This document shows positions 36,201 through 46,128 of a DNA stretch of 64,000 nt, piece by piece. Each line of letters opens with the position of its first letter. Within the stretch, counting starts at the first letter, position 1. The stretch is from Macrostomum hystrix (lineage: Eukaryota; Animalia; Platyhelminthes): the NCBI GenBank assembly GCA_950097015.1, contig CATNEN010000001.1:22940001-23004000 (forward strand), given 5' to 3'. The notes beneath the pieces were generated by a model. It was not told the origin of the DNA. It searched no databases and was given only the letters and a program-made list of their open reading frames with translations. The translations under genes were made by a program, and so were the position numbers.

Positions 36201-39146
36201 TGCTCCTGCTGCTCGTGGTGCCATTTCTCAGCGAATCGCCGCGATGGCTTATCTCCACGGGCAGATTCGAGCAGGCCGATGAAGTGCTGCGTCGCATCAG
36301 CCGCATCAATGGCCGGCCATTGGGTGACGAATTCTCCAGCCGAGCAGTTTCTGCGTCAGAGAAGCCCTTGGGGGAGTCATCGGAACAAAAAATTGTGCGA
36401 GTGTGGGAGCTGTTCAGTCACCTGGGAACTCTCCGGCTGACCCTGACCGTGTGGTCGATCTTTTTTGGCGTGTCGATGGCATATTTCGGCTTGTCCCTCA
36501 GTGTTGATAGCCTCGGCAGTGACATATTTATCAACCAAGTCATTCTGGCGGCCGTAGAGCCGGTCTCCCGTCTGTTCTGCCTGCTTCTCAGCTTCCGCCT
36601 TGGTCGTCGACCGTCCATCGGGTTGTCCTTCGTCTTGGCCGCGCTGTCTCTGGCTGCCACCGGCCTCCTGCTGCTTTGGCCGCACCTTGAAACCTGGCGA
36701 GTGGTGGCCGCCATGATTGGCAAGTTCTGGATCACCATGGCTTTCGACTTGGCCTGGCTCTACGCAGCCGAGGTCTTCCCTACCGTAGTCCGGAGTGTCG
36801 GCGTTGGCAGCAGCTCCACCCTGGCTAGAGCCGGCGCGCTGCTCAGCACTCTGGTGCAAGGCCTGTCCTCGGTGTGGCCTCCGCTGCCATTCCTGGTGTT
36901 CGCCGCAGGACCGCTGGCGGCGGCATCGCTCACCTTCATGTGCTGCCTGCCGGAGACGCGCGGCCAACGCCTGCCTGACAGCCTGGAGGAGGGCGACAGG
37001 TTTGCCAGGGGTCGCCTGCGGGCTGGCTCGGAGTCGTCTGATCGGCAACACCTCGGAGCGAGCAGTGATGCGCCTGGTGACCGGCAGGAGTGGTAGAAGG
37101 ATGCTGCACCTCAGGAATAGCTGGGATAATTCGAAATACTCGTAAAATCTGCCTCAATTTGGTTTCCTAAAATTTGGCTAATCAAAGTCTATTACTTTTA
37201 AAAGCGAAAAAATATTATCACGAATTGTACTGCGAGTTATTCTTTTGTTTTAATTAGCATTTTTATTTCCTACAGCAGTAGAAAGACAACGCTTATCTTG
37301 TCCCTGGGGAAACACAACGGGATTTCAAATACCAACGCCAACCTCACGACAGCTCCATCCTTAGAGTCTCCCTTTACGATGAACTAGCTTTCAAAGCCTC
37401 CGACGTCACCATCGTCGAGATAGTCAGCGATTCTTGTCGAAGACCCTAGGGACAAGGACAATTAACATAACTCGGTATAATCCTCGATGGCGAATCCATA
37501 TTGGTTCAATAATAACAAACTAACATTGTAAATAATACAATATGATCAACGATAATAGCCGACATACAGTAGGTACATTGATGGAATTTTATGAGCAGAG
37601 CACAACACACAATTAAGAATATGTGGGCATTTGAGATACCCAGCGTGATATTTTTACTGCTAAGACTCTATTATACTCGAGAATATTAAAATGAAATATA
37701 TAATAATATTATTTGAAGATTCTCTCTCACTGAAAAACAGGTATTATGTTATTTTGTGACATTGCTGTGATACTAATAGTCCGGTGAGAGTGAACCCCCA
37801 AGGTACAGACTGAGGGAGGAAAATTTCACAACACGGAAGCTCAATGAACAATGAACTGAATTTCAAGCGATCAGGCAGACAGAAGACTTAAACTGACTGT
37901 TTCCTCAAATAATTTCCATGCGAGATTAAGAGCCCTCGACAAAAACTCTTGCTGTTTCTCATCTTTCTACTATCAGTAGATATAAGGGGCGAGGGGGGTC
38001 AGCGGCTAACGTCGCTGCCTCGCACTCCAAAGGACGCTAGTTCGATTCACCCTTCAGGTCACGATTAATTTCGGTACTTGTTGGGGGGGTTTGGACAGTA
38101 GCGACCGGCGGAGGTGCACCTTATTTCGTGCAATCAAAGCTTGAAAAATAGCTTCGCTCCTTCCTTTCTGTGTGCCTGTTCTGCGTTGTGTGAGTTGTGT
38201 GCGTTGGCGCTGGGGCGTTAGACCTTGCGGGGGGTGGCTGGGGGGCAGGTGTACACCGCCGCGCGCTCATCTGGATTTCCGTCAGCGCGATTGGATAAAG
38301 TGTACACTCGTCACCCGCCCCCCCCTGAGGACTGATTTCTATCAGCCTTCCACCCCGGCTTGGTCTGCTCTGTGCGTGTGCGGGCCTGGGGTGAGAGGCA
38401 CTCCGGCTGCCGCCCCCTTCCCCGCTTGGCTTGCTACTGTGTGTGTGAGGTGCCTGCTCAGGGGAGGCGGCGCGATGGGCGGCTCTCGCCTAGTTCGCCG
38501 GCCTGGGGGCATGCCGTTCCTGTGTTTGTGCGTCAAGTGCCCCAGGCCCCCCTGCAAAGTAAGTAAGTAAGTAATCAGTAGATATATAACAGTATAAAGC
38601 TGTGGTGACTGGCCGAGAAATGACGCGATCGGGATCACCATTAGCGATTTCGCTGTCAAGGCCACATTCATTTGGGGCGCAGCAGTGGAGAGAAGGCTCG
38701 GTGGCTGATCGCTGCACCCAAAATAAATGTGGCCTCGCATGGAATCGATCTCAGGGATGCGAGTGGCAAACGCGTTAACTTCTCTGCCAGTCACCCCACA
38801 AAGTGAGTTGAGTTCTCACCTAGTATTGGAGCTCATAGTTAAATTCACAGTCGGCGAGTTTTTTGTGCAGCGTTGTTTCTTGCCTGTCGAAAAATAAATC
38901 AAAATCATTCGAAACGTGCGTGCATTGATTGAAGTGAATGCAACCATTTCAGACTGTGCAGCCGCAGCCGCAGACACCGTCAATACCAGTCCGATGGATC
39001 GTCGATCGCCTTCGCCGAAATCTCCAGCCCGCTTAGCCGATGAGGTGCGAATGTGGCGCACGGTGCTGGAGCGGCACAATGTCTGGGTTGACGGCAACCT
39101 GCTGTTGCGCCCAGCCATACCAAGACACCGCCTGAATACTGAATGA
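24204..39146 (+). CDS. Synaptotagmin-like protein (Slp/granuphilin/bitesize family; Rab27-effector type), about 774 aa
   Basis: Ten phase-compatible exons: 24204-24358, 24527-24658, 27976-28136, 29266-29634, 30764-30871, 31281-31794, 32082-32184, 34374-34744, 34838-35055, 38953-39146 (2325 nt). SHD1-like 'FLSQQEPETVVRVKQRGDK..RRLEKEKL' and SHD2-like 'SGSWL'. C2A 'GEVKLAL...YVKTCLLPD...RRTKVKKNT..PIFDEKLKY'. C2B 'GELRIWVKEA..L...DPYVKLCLLPD..KRKT'. Slp-type end 'EVRMWRTVLERHNVWVDGNLLLRP'. The middle exons are less certain than the C2 exons. Confidence 0.8.
25529..25730 (+). mobile_element. tRNA-derived SINE, family B (CORE-like central domain)
   Basis: A/B-box-like head (B box GGGAGTTCGAATC), then TTGAGCAAGATACT...TTCAGTTCACACAGCTGTAAAAATAGGTA, which is shared with the copies at 29817 and 32921. 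Confidence 0.65.
28617..29183. repeat. 28-bp minisatellite (CTGTCATCGGATCATTCAGTTTATCAGT)n, about 20 units, in Slp intron 3
   Basis: Direct tandem repeat with two binary variants (TCGG/TTGG, CAGT/CAAC). Confidence 0.97.
29817..29990 (+). mobile_element. tRNA-derived SINE, family B
   Basis: TGGTTGTAGCCTAGT (A-box-like), GGTTCGATTTCC (B-box-like), CATTGCTTCAGTTCACTCAGCTGTTTAATGGG. Confidence 0.65.
30991..31280 (+). mobile_element. Internally deleted TIR element (MITE), family C
   Basis: The left part matches 47510-47595 (CACTGCCTACTTCCCA.TAGCTC.CAAAC.GAATGA) and the right part matches 47878-48100. Imperfect TIR cores GGGTGAATTTCAGTTACCCA and TGGGGATTTTAAATACCC. Confidence 0.7.
32921..33085 (+). 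mobile_element. tRNA-derived SINE, family B (head partly deleted)
   Basis: GCTGGTTGTAGCCTAGTGG...CTTCAGTACACCCAGCTGTTAAATTGGTACC...AGTCCATGGACTG matches the copies at 25529 and 29817. Confidence 0.6.
35357..37096 (+). CDS. SLC22-family organic cation transporter-like MFS protein, intronless, 579 aa
   Basis: Continuous ORF with 'G..GRY' before TM1, a Cys-rich extracellular loop, 'FNLVCDRSW', 'LADRFGR', 'SESPRWL', 'LGRR', 'AEVFPTVVRS.G' and 'LPETRG..LPD', and about 12 hydrophobic segments. Confidence 0.92.
   Translation: MASHRAKKEPSIQTPDKNTTSDNHERGELQNFANVESVYEYLGGAGRYNVTVLILMMLCKAFPGMITLSPNFTAAPMQFNCSSSEAVSSPTVQGNESCTLETGGAQQCWLVYNCSAADSARDHQIRYPCTEFSFHSDIFQSTSISKFNLVCDRSWMAHLATTFYFVGFLIGCSLYGALADRFGRLKIIIICAVNLSLCTVAASLAPYLWLYWTLQLLAGVGNGGLLTCLYTYALENTDTKHRAVWGFLVHNGWTLGLLVFTLMAYFERDYQRLMLYAGLSVLLLLLVVPFLSESPRWLISTGRFEQADEVLRRISRINGRPLGDEFSSRAVSASEKPLGESSEQKIVRVWELFSHLGTLRLTLTVWSIFFGVSMAYFGLSLSVDSLGSDIFINQVILAAVEPVSRLFCLLLSFRLGRRPSIGLSFVLAALSLAATGLLLLWPHLETWRVVAAMIGKFWITMAFDLAWLYAAEVFPTVVRSVGVGSSSTLARAGALLSTLVQGLSSVWPPLPFLVFAAGPLAAASLTFMCCLPETRGQRLPDSLEEGDRFARGRLRAGSESSDRQHLGASSDAPGDRQEW
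37270..37664 (+). mobile_element. Non-autonomous TIR element, family C
   Basis: Inverted cores GGGATTTCAAATACC (about 37319) and GGCATTTGAGATACCC (about 37626); the interior aligns with 47590-47810. Confidence 0.7.
37987..38060 (+). mobile_element. tRNA-like SINE head
   Basis: GGGGCGAGGGGGGTCAGCGGCTAACG...CCTCGCAC...TAGTTCGATTC resembles the family A head. The body differs, so the extent is uncertain. Confidence 0.45.
38659..38798 (-). mobile_element. Family A SINE fragment with internal inversion
   Basis: GGCCACATTCATTTGGGGCGCAGC (+ orientation) is followed by GCTGCACCCAAAATAAATGTGGCC and the reverse-strand head. Confidence 0.6.
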
Positions 39147-39301
39147 CACTGCTCAAACACTGTAGGATTTTCCGGTCTTATTTGATACCCGTATTTTAGT
39201 TCAAATTTGGAAATGTGAATTCGCGTAGTTTGCGCCCCTGATGGCCAACTACCACGTGACGAAAATTAGGCAGATGTACACAGCGGTGTGAGTACGTACA
39301 C

Positions 39302-39630
39302 GGGGGTTAGTGGTACAGTGTTTAACGCTTTTGTCTCTCGCACCAAGGTCCCTGGGATCGATTCCGCTGCGAGGCCGCATTCATTTGGGGCGCAGCCGTG
39401 GAGAGAAGGCTTGGAGGTTTGTCGTGCAATTTACGCCCATGAGGGCTAAACTCCAAGGCACAGTGAGAGTGTACACTCCAGACGATGAGAAAGTCAGGGC
39501 AGATGTACACACCTGTGTGAGTGTGTGCCTGCGTACGGTATCTGTGTGCGTGTGTGCTCAGGAGTCAGAAAAATGAGAATGACCTCTCGCTGGCTGCGGG
39601 TCTAGTGTCACCAGATGATGTGTCATGGCC
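39302..39630 (+). mobile_element. tRNA-derived SINE, family A (near full length)
   Basis: GTGGTACAGTG (A-box-like) and GGGATCGATTCC (B-box-like), then a body with the hairpin GTGTACACT.C.GACGATGAGAAAGTCAGGGCAGATGTACAC, then an (ATT)n tail. Confidence 0.75.
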
Positions 39631-40785
39631 CGCAGCCCTTTTGCAATTATTATTATTATTTTTAAGTATGTAAACACCTGTTAGAGTATGCACACATCTG
39701 TGTGAGATTTTCACTGTGAGAGCGCGTGCCTGAGTAACATAACCAAATGCTTGCGTATGTTCTCAGAGGCTAGCGAATAGGCATCCCAAACTGTCTGAGA
39801 AAGCAATTGTTTATTACATATGGATCAATATTTTGCTTTCATCCTACTCATAGTAAGCACACGCGCCTATTTTTAGACTATTTCAATCAAATCCACTTTG
39901 TACTGGTTTCCCGTTGTTAGTCCTTTGTTGCGAGGTAACCCGCCTTCTTGTTGCCAAAAACCCTGAAAGAGTCGCTGTTCAACTGCGCCCTCTTCGGCAA
40001 ACAATTTGGTGCACTTCCCTGTTAGTCAGAACGCCAGATTTTGTTTTGCTAAATTATCGGATCGTGTTAGTAAACTTGCTGCATTATTTCATTCGAAGTC
40101 TGTTGTAACGATCAAATACAGTATTCTGGTGAAATACAAGTGCTGCCTTTATCAGTGCTATTACTGTAAAGATTACAGTACTACTGTAAACAAGTACAAC
40201 CTTGAGGTGTTAATCAAAGCCATCTTTGTGCATCTTGACTAAGAAAATTAAGAGCAAAAAGCAGTCCATTAATCGAGCTTTTTCTGCAACACAGCGAATA
40301 GTCTATGGTCCATCTCGCCCTAATTTACCTATTTTTCTCTCATCCTAACACTGAAACTTAGTCTATGGCCAATCTCTGAAGAAACTTAAAAGCGGTACGC
40401 AATGAAAACGGGCTCCAGTAAGAGAGATTTTGCCAGAGACAAAGAGCCGAGTTTGAATTGAACGGGCTCTGTTGCTTTTGAAAGGGTGCTTGTTTTTATT
40501 GATTTTCTGTTAGCACTGACCATAGCTCAAAGTGTCTGAATTGAATTTCCGCTAGTTCTTTTAGAACTGGAATTTGATCAAAATTGAACGTGAAAAGGTT
40601 TAGTAGTAATAGACAATTTGGAGACTTGTCTCTGTTTAGAATTGTCAATGGGAATGCGTCAGTTGCTCGCTTGCGCGGTCAGACAAAAAGATTGCTCTTC
40701 AATAACACAGATTCTAACAGCCATTCACACACTTAATTTGCCTTCCAACTTGATAAAGTTCTTTGAATCAAGAAGGTTTGTTTGA

Positions 40786-42075
40786 AACCAGAGTTTGAAT
40801 CATGGCAAAACCAGAGTTTGAATCATGGCTAAACCAGAGTCTGAATCATGGCTAAACCAGCGTTTGAATCATGGCTAAACCAGAGTTTCAATCATGGCTA
40901 AAAACCATAGATTGAATCATAGTCAACCAGAGTCTGAATCATGGCGAAACCAGCGTTTGAATCATGGCTAAACCAGAGCTTGAATCATGGCTAAACCAGA
41001 GCTTGAATCATGGCTAAACCAGCGTTTGAATCATGGCTAAACCAGAGTTTGAATCATGGCTAAACCAGAGTTTGAATCATGGCTAAAAACCAGAGTTTGA
41101 ATCATAGTCAACCAGAGTCTGAATCATGGCTAAACCAGCGTTTGAATCATGGCTAAACCAGAGTTTGAATCATGGCTAAAAACCATAGTTTGAATCATAG
41201 TCAACCAGAGTCTGAATCATGGCTAAACCAGAGCTTGAATCATGGCTAAACCAGAGCTTGAATCATGGCTAAACCAGCGTTTGAATCATGGCTAAACCAG
41301 CGTTTGAATCATGGCTAAACCAGAGCTTGAATCATGGCTAAACCAGAGCTTGAATCATGGCTAAACCAGCGTTTGAATCATGGCTAAACCAGAGCTTGAA
41401 TCATGGCTAAACCAGAGCTTGAATCATGGCTAAACCAGCGTTTGAATCATGGCTAAACCAGAGTTTGAATCATGGCTAAACCAGAGCTTGAATCATGGCT
41501 AAACCAGAGCTTGAATCATGGCTAAACCAGCGTTTGAATCATGGCTAAACCAGAGCTTGAATCATGGCTAAACCAGAGCTTGAATCATGGCTAAACCAGC
41601 GTTTGAATCATGGCTAAACCAGAGTTTGAATCATGGCGAAACCAGCGTTTGAATCATGGCTAAACCAGCGTCTGAATCATGGCTAAACCAGAGTCTGAAT
41701 CATGGCTAAACCAGAGTTTGAATCATGGCTAAACCAGAGTTTGAATCATGGCTAAACCAGAGTCTGAATCATGGCTAAACCAGCGTCTGAATCATGGCTA
41801 AACCAGAGTTTGAATCATGGCTAAACCAGAGTCTGAATCATGGCAAAACCAGCGTTTGAATCATGGCTAAACCAGCGTCTGAATCATGGCTAAACCAGAG
41901 TTTGAATCATGGCTAAACCAGAGTCTGAATCATGGCAAAACCAGCGTTTGCATCATGGCTAAACCAGAGTTTGAATCATGGCTAAACCAGAGTTTGAATC
42001 GTAGCCAACTAGAGTTTGAATCATGGCTAAACCAGAGTTTGAATCGTAGCCAACTAGAGTTTGAATCATGGCAAA
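40786..42075. repeat. 23-bp minisatellite (AAACCAGAGTTTGAATCATGGCT)n, about 56 units
   Basis: Direct tandem repeat. Confidence 0.97.
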
Positions 42076-42114
42076 ATTTTTCTTTTGTAATTGAATTGAA
42101 TTTTGAGTTTGTTA

Positions 42115-43140
42115 TCTTATAACGTCATAATGATATATATTTGTATGATAAATATTTTGCCTAATAATCATTTAATTGTTGTTCTTCTCAATTTTCTACA
42201 AAAGAAGCTAATATAAAAATTTAACTGGGCAACATTGTCAACTGGGCATCATCATCAATAAGGAGTCCTTATCAAATGTGGGATCATTGTCAACTGGGGG
42301 ATCATTGTCAACTGGGGGATCATTGTCAACTGGGCGATCATTGTCAACTGGTTGATCATTGTCAACTGTGGGATCATCGTCAACTAGGGGATCATGCCCA
42401 ACTGGGGGATCGTTGTGAACTGGGGGATCATTGTCAACTGGGGGATCATGGCCAACTGGGGGATCATTGTGAACTGGGTGATCATTGTCAACTGGGGGAT
42501 CATCGTCAACTGGGGTATCATTGTTAACTGGGGGATCATTGTCAACTGGGGGATCATTCTCAACTGGGGGATCATTGTCAACTGGGGGATCATTGTCAAC
42601 TGGGGGATCATTGTCAACTGGGGGATCGTTGTCAACTGTGGGTTCATTGTCAACTGGGGGTTCATTGTCAACTGGGGGATCATTGTCAACTGGGGGATCA
42701 TTGTCAACTGGGGGATCGTTGTCAACTGTGGGTTCATTGTCAACTGGGGGTTCATTGTCAACTGGGGGATCATTGTTAACTGGGGGATCATTGTCAACTG
42801 GGGGATCATTCTCAACTGGGGGATCATTGTCAACTGGGGGATCATTGTCAACTGGGGGATCATTGTCAACTGGGGGATCGTTGTCAACTGTGGGTTCATT
42901 GTCAACTGGGGGTTCATTGTCAACTGGGGGATCATTGTCAACTTGGGGATCATTGTCAACTGGGGGATCATTGTCAACTGGGGGATCGTTGTCAACTGGG
43001 GGTTCATTGTCAACTGGGGGATCATTGTCAACTGGGGGGATCATTGTAGCTTTAAAAAGCTGTAAATTCAGCTGCTAAAAAGTATATACTAGACGAATTT
43101 AAAGTATTTCTGCTCCCCGAAGGGGGGCAAAACTTGCTAG
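42115..43140 (+). mobile_element. Putative non-autonomous Helitron carrying an 18-bp minisatellite
   Basis: The 3' end has the GC hairpin GCTCCC-CGAA-GGGGGC about 9 nt before CTAG|T. Candidate 5' end A|TCTTATAAC at 42115 (less certain). Confidence 0.55.
42237..43047. repeat. 18-bp minisatellite (GTCAACTGGGGGATCATT)n, about 45 units
   Basis: Direct tandem repeat. Confidence 0.97.
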
Positions 43141-43531
43141 TAGCTAACTACAAGTGGTCCTTGCTGATTGCAGAACGTCATCATGTTATTTTCCTCAAGA
43201 TAAGGGTGACTGAGTCCAACTCTACTCCAGCCTGCTCAAACCTTGACGCAATTCTTAAGGAGTCAATAAGGCTCTCGGAGAGACGCGCCGGCGCACAGCG
43301 CGCCACACTAAATAGGGCTGGGCAAGGCCGACCCAAGAGGGTGGCGGCCCTGCGACCAGGCAACATACATATACCCCCGCACCAATGCACAAGCCCCCAA
43401 CCCCCCGGTTTAACCTCCAAACAAGCTACGCTCGGCCGGACCACAATCATACTAACACGTCAGAAATTTTATGTTTGGGAAACGGGTGGGAGAGGGATAA
43501 AAAATGGTCATTGGGTGGCATGAGGCAAGCA

Positions 43532-43538
43532 TATAAAA
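43532..43538 (+). promoter_or_regulatory. Candidate TATA box of WSC-PAN gene 1
   Basis: TATAAAA 59 bp upstream of ATG 43591. The same motif is in copy 2 (49446), and TATAAAT lies upstream of genes 3 (55189) and 4 (61629). Confidence 0.5.
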
Positions 43539-43590
43539 TACCTCTCCCGAGGATCTTTGCTTGTCCAGTCCCGGCCTTGCAAAGCTACGC

Positions 43591-44687
43591 ATGGCAGCAG
43601 CTAGCAGGCTGCGCATCTTGGCTCTCCTGAGCATTCTCCTCGCCACATCGCCAACAACCGCGGCGGTCAGGCAGCACACTCGAGTCTATCTCGGCTGCTT
43701 CAAGGATACGCCGTCTGCTAGAGACCTGCCAGGTCTGAATGGAGTGACTGTACTTCAGGGCTACTACGTCCACTCGGTTGCCCACTGCGTCATTATGAGC
43801 AGCACAATGACCCTGGAGCTGTGCGCCAGTGTGTGCAGTCTCGGAGGATTTCCCTACATGGGCATCATGGTTGGACGGGAGTGCTACTGCGGCTGGAGCT
43901 ACGGCAGTCACGGAACAGCTGCTGCTGGAACCTGCACATCGACATGCAGCGGCAACGCTTCACAGGAATGCGGCGGAGCGCACAAGAACTCAGTCTATGA
44001 GCTGCGATACACCTGTGAGCCAGTCTGGCTAGTTTGCCTTATTACCTGAAGAAAAAACCTCACATAAAAAATTGTGCATTTGTGCCACTCAGGTGTGTAC
44101 ATATGCCCCGAATTTGTCTACCTGTGTCACTGCATCTACCTGTGTCACTGTATCTACCTGTGTCACTGCATCTACCTGTGTGACAGTATCTACCTGTGTG
44201 ACAGTATCTAACTGTGTCACTGTATCTACCTGTGTCACTGCATCTACCTGTGTCACTGTATCTACCTGTGTGACAGTATCTACCTGTGTGACAGTATCTA
44301 CCTGTGTGACAGTATCTACCTGTGTCAGAGTGACAGTACATTCTCACTGCATGAGGTGTGGGGTTGGCTCTCCAGAAATTGCATGACAATCTTCCAAGCC
44401 TTTTCACCTGGGATTGGACGTGAGACTCGTACTCGTTAACCGATCTGGCCATTTTAGATTCGGAAATGTTCCAAACCTCAAGCAGAGCCAGCATCAGTGT
44501 GCTCAGCAGCTTCTCAGCCTACAGGAACGCTTCGGCAGACAGCCATGCCCAGTGCCTGATGCAGTGCGGTCCCGACTGCCAGGCTGTCATCTTCAATCAG
44601 CTGCTGCGCCGCTGCAGCTTGCTGAAGTTCGCCCTGGTGCCAACACAGCTCAGTGGCCTCGATGGCGAATTTCTCGTCAGGTTCTGA
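43591..44687 (+). CDS. Secreted WSC + PAN/apple-like domain protein, gene 1 (217 aa)
   Basis: Exons 43591-44014 (T|GTGAGC) and 44458-44687 (TTTTAG|AT). Signal peptide, WSC 'YLGCFKD...MTLELCASVC..G.YMG...GRECYCG...C...CSGN..QECGG...NSVY', and PAN-type 'CLMQCGPDCQAVIFN....CSLL'. Confidence 0.88.
44087..44442 (-). mobile_element. Degenerate family A SINE in the intron of WSC-PAN gene 1, interrupted by an 18-bp array
   Basis: GGTGTGTACATATGCCCCGA before the array and GTACATTCTCACTG...GGTTGGC...AAATTGCA...CCAAGCC...CGTTAAC after it align with the 60761 copy. Confidence 0.55.
44115..44327. repeat. 18-bp intronic minisatellite (TATCTACCTGTGTGACAG)n, about 12 units
   Basis: Direct tandem repeat; the copy-2 array (50030-50259) is one unit longer. 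Confidence 0.95.
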
Positions 44688-44730
44688 CTGCCTGATCAAC
44701 AGCCCGACTGAAACCTCCGACATTTGTAAA

Positions 44731-45605
44731 CCCCACTGACAGTTGTACATCCCACTGACAGTTGTACATTCCACTGACAGTTGTACATCCCACTGACAGT
44801 TGTACATCCCACTGACAGTTGTACATTCCACTGACAGTTGTACATCCCACTGGCAGTTGTACACCCCACTGACAGTTTTACATCCCACTGACAGTTTTAC
44901 ATCCCACTGACAGTTGTACACCCCACTGACAGTTTTACATCCCACTGACAGTTGTACATCCCACTGACGATTCTACATCCCATATATTAAAAGTTGAACA
45001 TCCCACTGACAGTAGTACATCCCATATATTAAAAGCTGTACATCCCACTGACAGTTGTGCATCCCACTGACAGTTGTACATCCCACTGACAGTTGTACAT
45101 CCCATATATTAAAAGTTGTACGTCCCACTGAGAGTTGTACATCCCACTGACAGTTGTACACCCCACTGACAGTTGTACACCCCACTGACAGTTGTGCATC
45201 CCACTGACAGTTGTACATCCCGCTGACAGTTGTACACCCCACTGACAGTTGTAAATCACACTGACAGTTGTACACCCCACTGACAGTTTTACATCCCACT
45301 GACAGTTGTAAATTCCACTGATAGTTGTGCATCCCAATGACAGTTGTGTACCCCACTTACTGTTGCACACCCCACTGACAGCTGTACACCCCACTGACAG
45401 TTGTACACCCCACTGACAGTTGTACATCCCGCTGACAGTTGTACACCCCACTGACAGTTGTAAATCACACTGACAGTTGTACATCCCGCTGACAGTTGTA
45501 CACCCCACTGACAGTTGTAAATCACACTGACAGTTGTACACCCCACTGACAGTTGTGCATCCCACTGACAGTTGTAGATCCCGCTGACAGTTTTAAATCC
45601 CACAG
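44731..45605. repeat. 19-bp minisatellite (CCCACTGACAGTTGTACAT)n, about 45 units, downstream of WSC-PAN gene 1
   Basis: Direct tandem repeat starting about 44 bp after the stop codon. Confidence 0.96.
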
Positions 45606-46128
45606 ACATTCGCATATTGTGGTTATTTAGCTCTTTAAGAAAGGTTTTAACCATGTTTTGGCAAAATGTGCTACTTACAGAAGCCACGAAGTACAATACT
45701 CCAACATTTTGGACCATTCCAAAGCCATCTAAAAAAGCAGAAAAAACTTTCTGCTAATGAGAATGCATTTTTTCTCTGGCATTTTGAGTTGAAAAAAATT
45801 AATAGATAGGAAAGACTTGGGGGGCAGGTGATATTGTGTCGCTAGGCAAACAATTGGTGAAAGAGAACAGAGACGTTGTGCGCCATTAGCAACGGCTTTA
45901 GCAGCTGGTGCTTGGAGCTTGCTTCTGCATTAATTATTCAGTCATACTTCGGGGTGGACAACTCAAATCATTTTGCCCCTTTGACCCATTGCTAAGCACA
46001 CGAAGCTACGCATATATTAGGTGTGTTATAAAGCGAATCATTTTAACAAAAACAACTATATTTAAGACCTGTTGCAACTTTTTTAAATGCAGCCAATAGC
46101 AGCAAAAAAATTTTGCACGTGTATTGGA

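Noticed and set aside
39302-39375. tRNA genes at SINE heads (also 25529, 29817, 37987)
   Set aside because: A/B boxes are present but the cloverleaf stems are broken, and each head continues into a repeat body.
39478-39500. CTGACGA-TGA-GAAA in family A SINEs (clearest in the minus-strand copies at about 14115-14135 and 60870-60890) as a hammerhead ribozyme core
   Set aside because: There is no helix II and no helix III/NUH cleavage arrangement; the motif simply sits in a single stem-loop.
42238-43078. Long repeat ORFs such as (DNDPPV)n 268 aa, (NWGIIV)n and (STGGSL)n; likewise those at 28592-29207, 48515-48992 and 63238-63904
   Set aside because: They are by-products of stop-free repeat units, open in several frames on both strands, with no signal peptide, splice context or non-repeat coding flank.
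43561-44049. Single-exon WSC ORFs as listed in the ORF track (also 49475, 55328-55768, 61708-62169)
   Set aside because: Their C-terminal tails are intron read-through; a conserved donor and an in-phase 230-nt exon 2 exist for all four genes.
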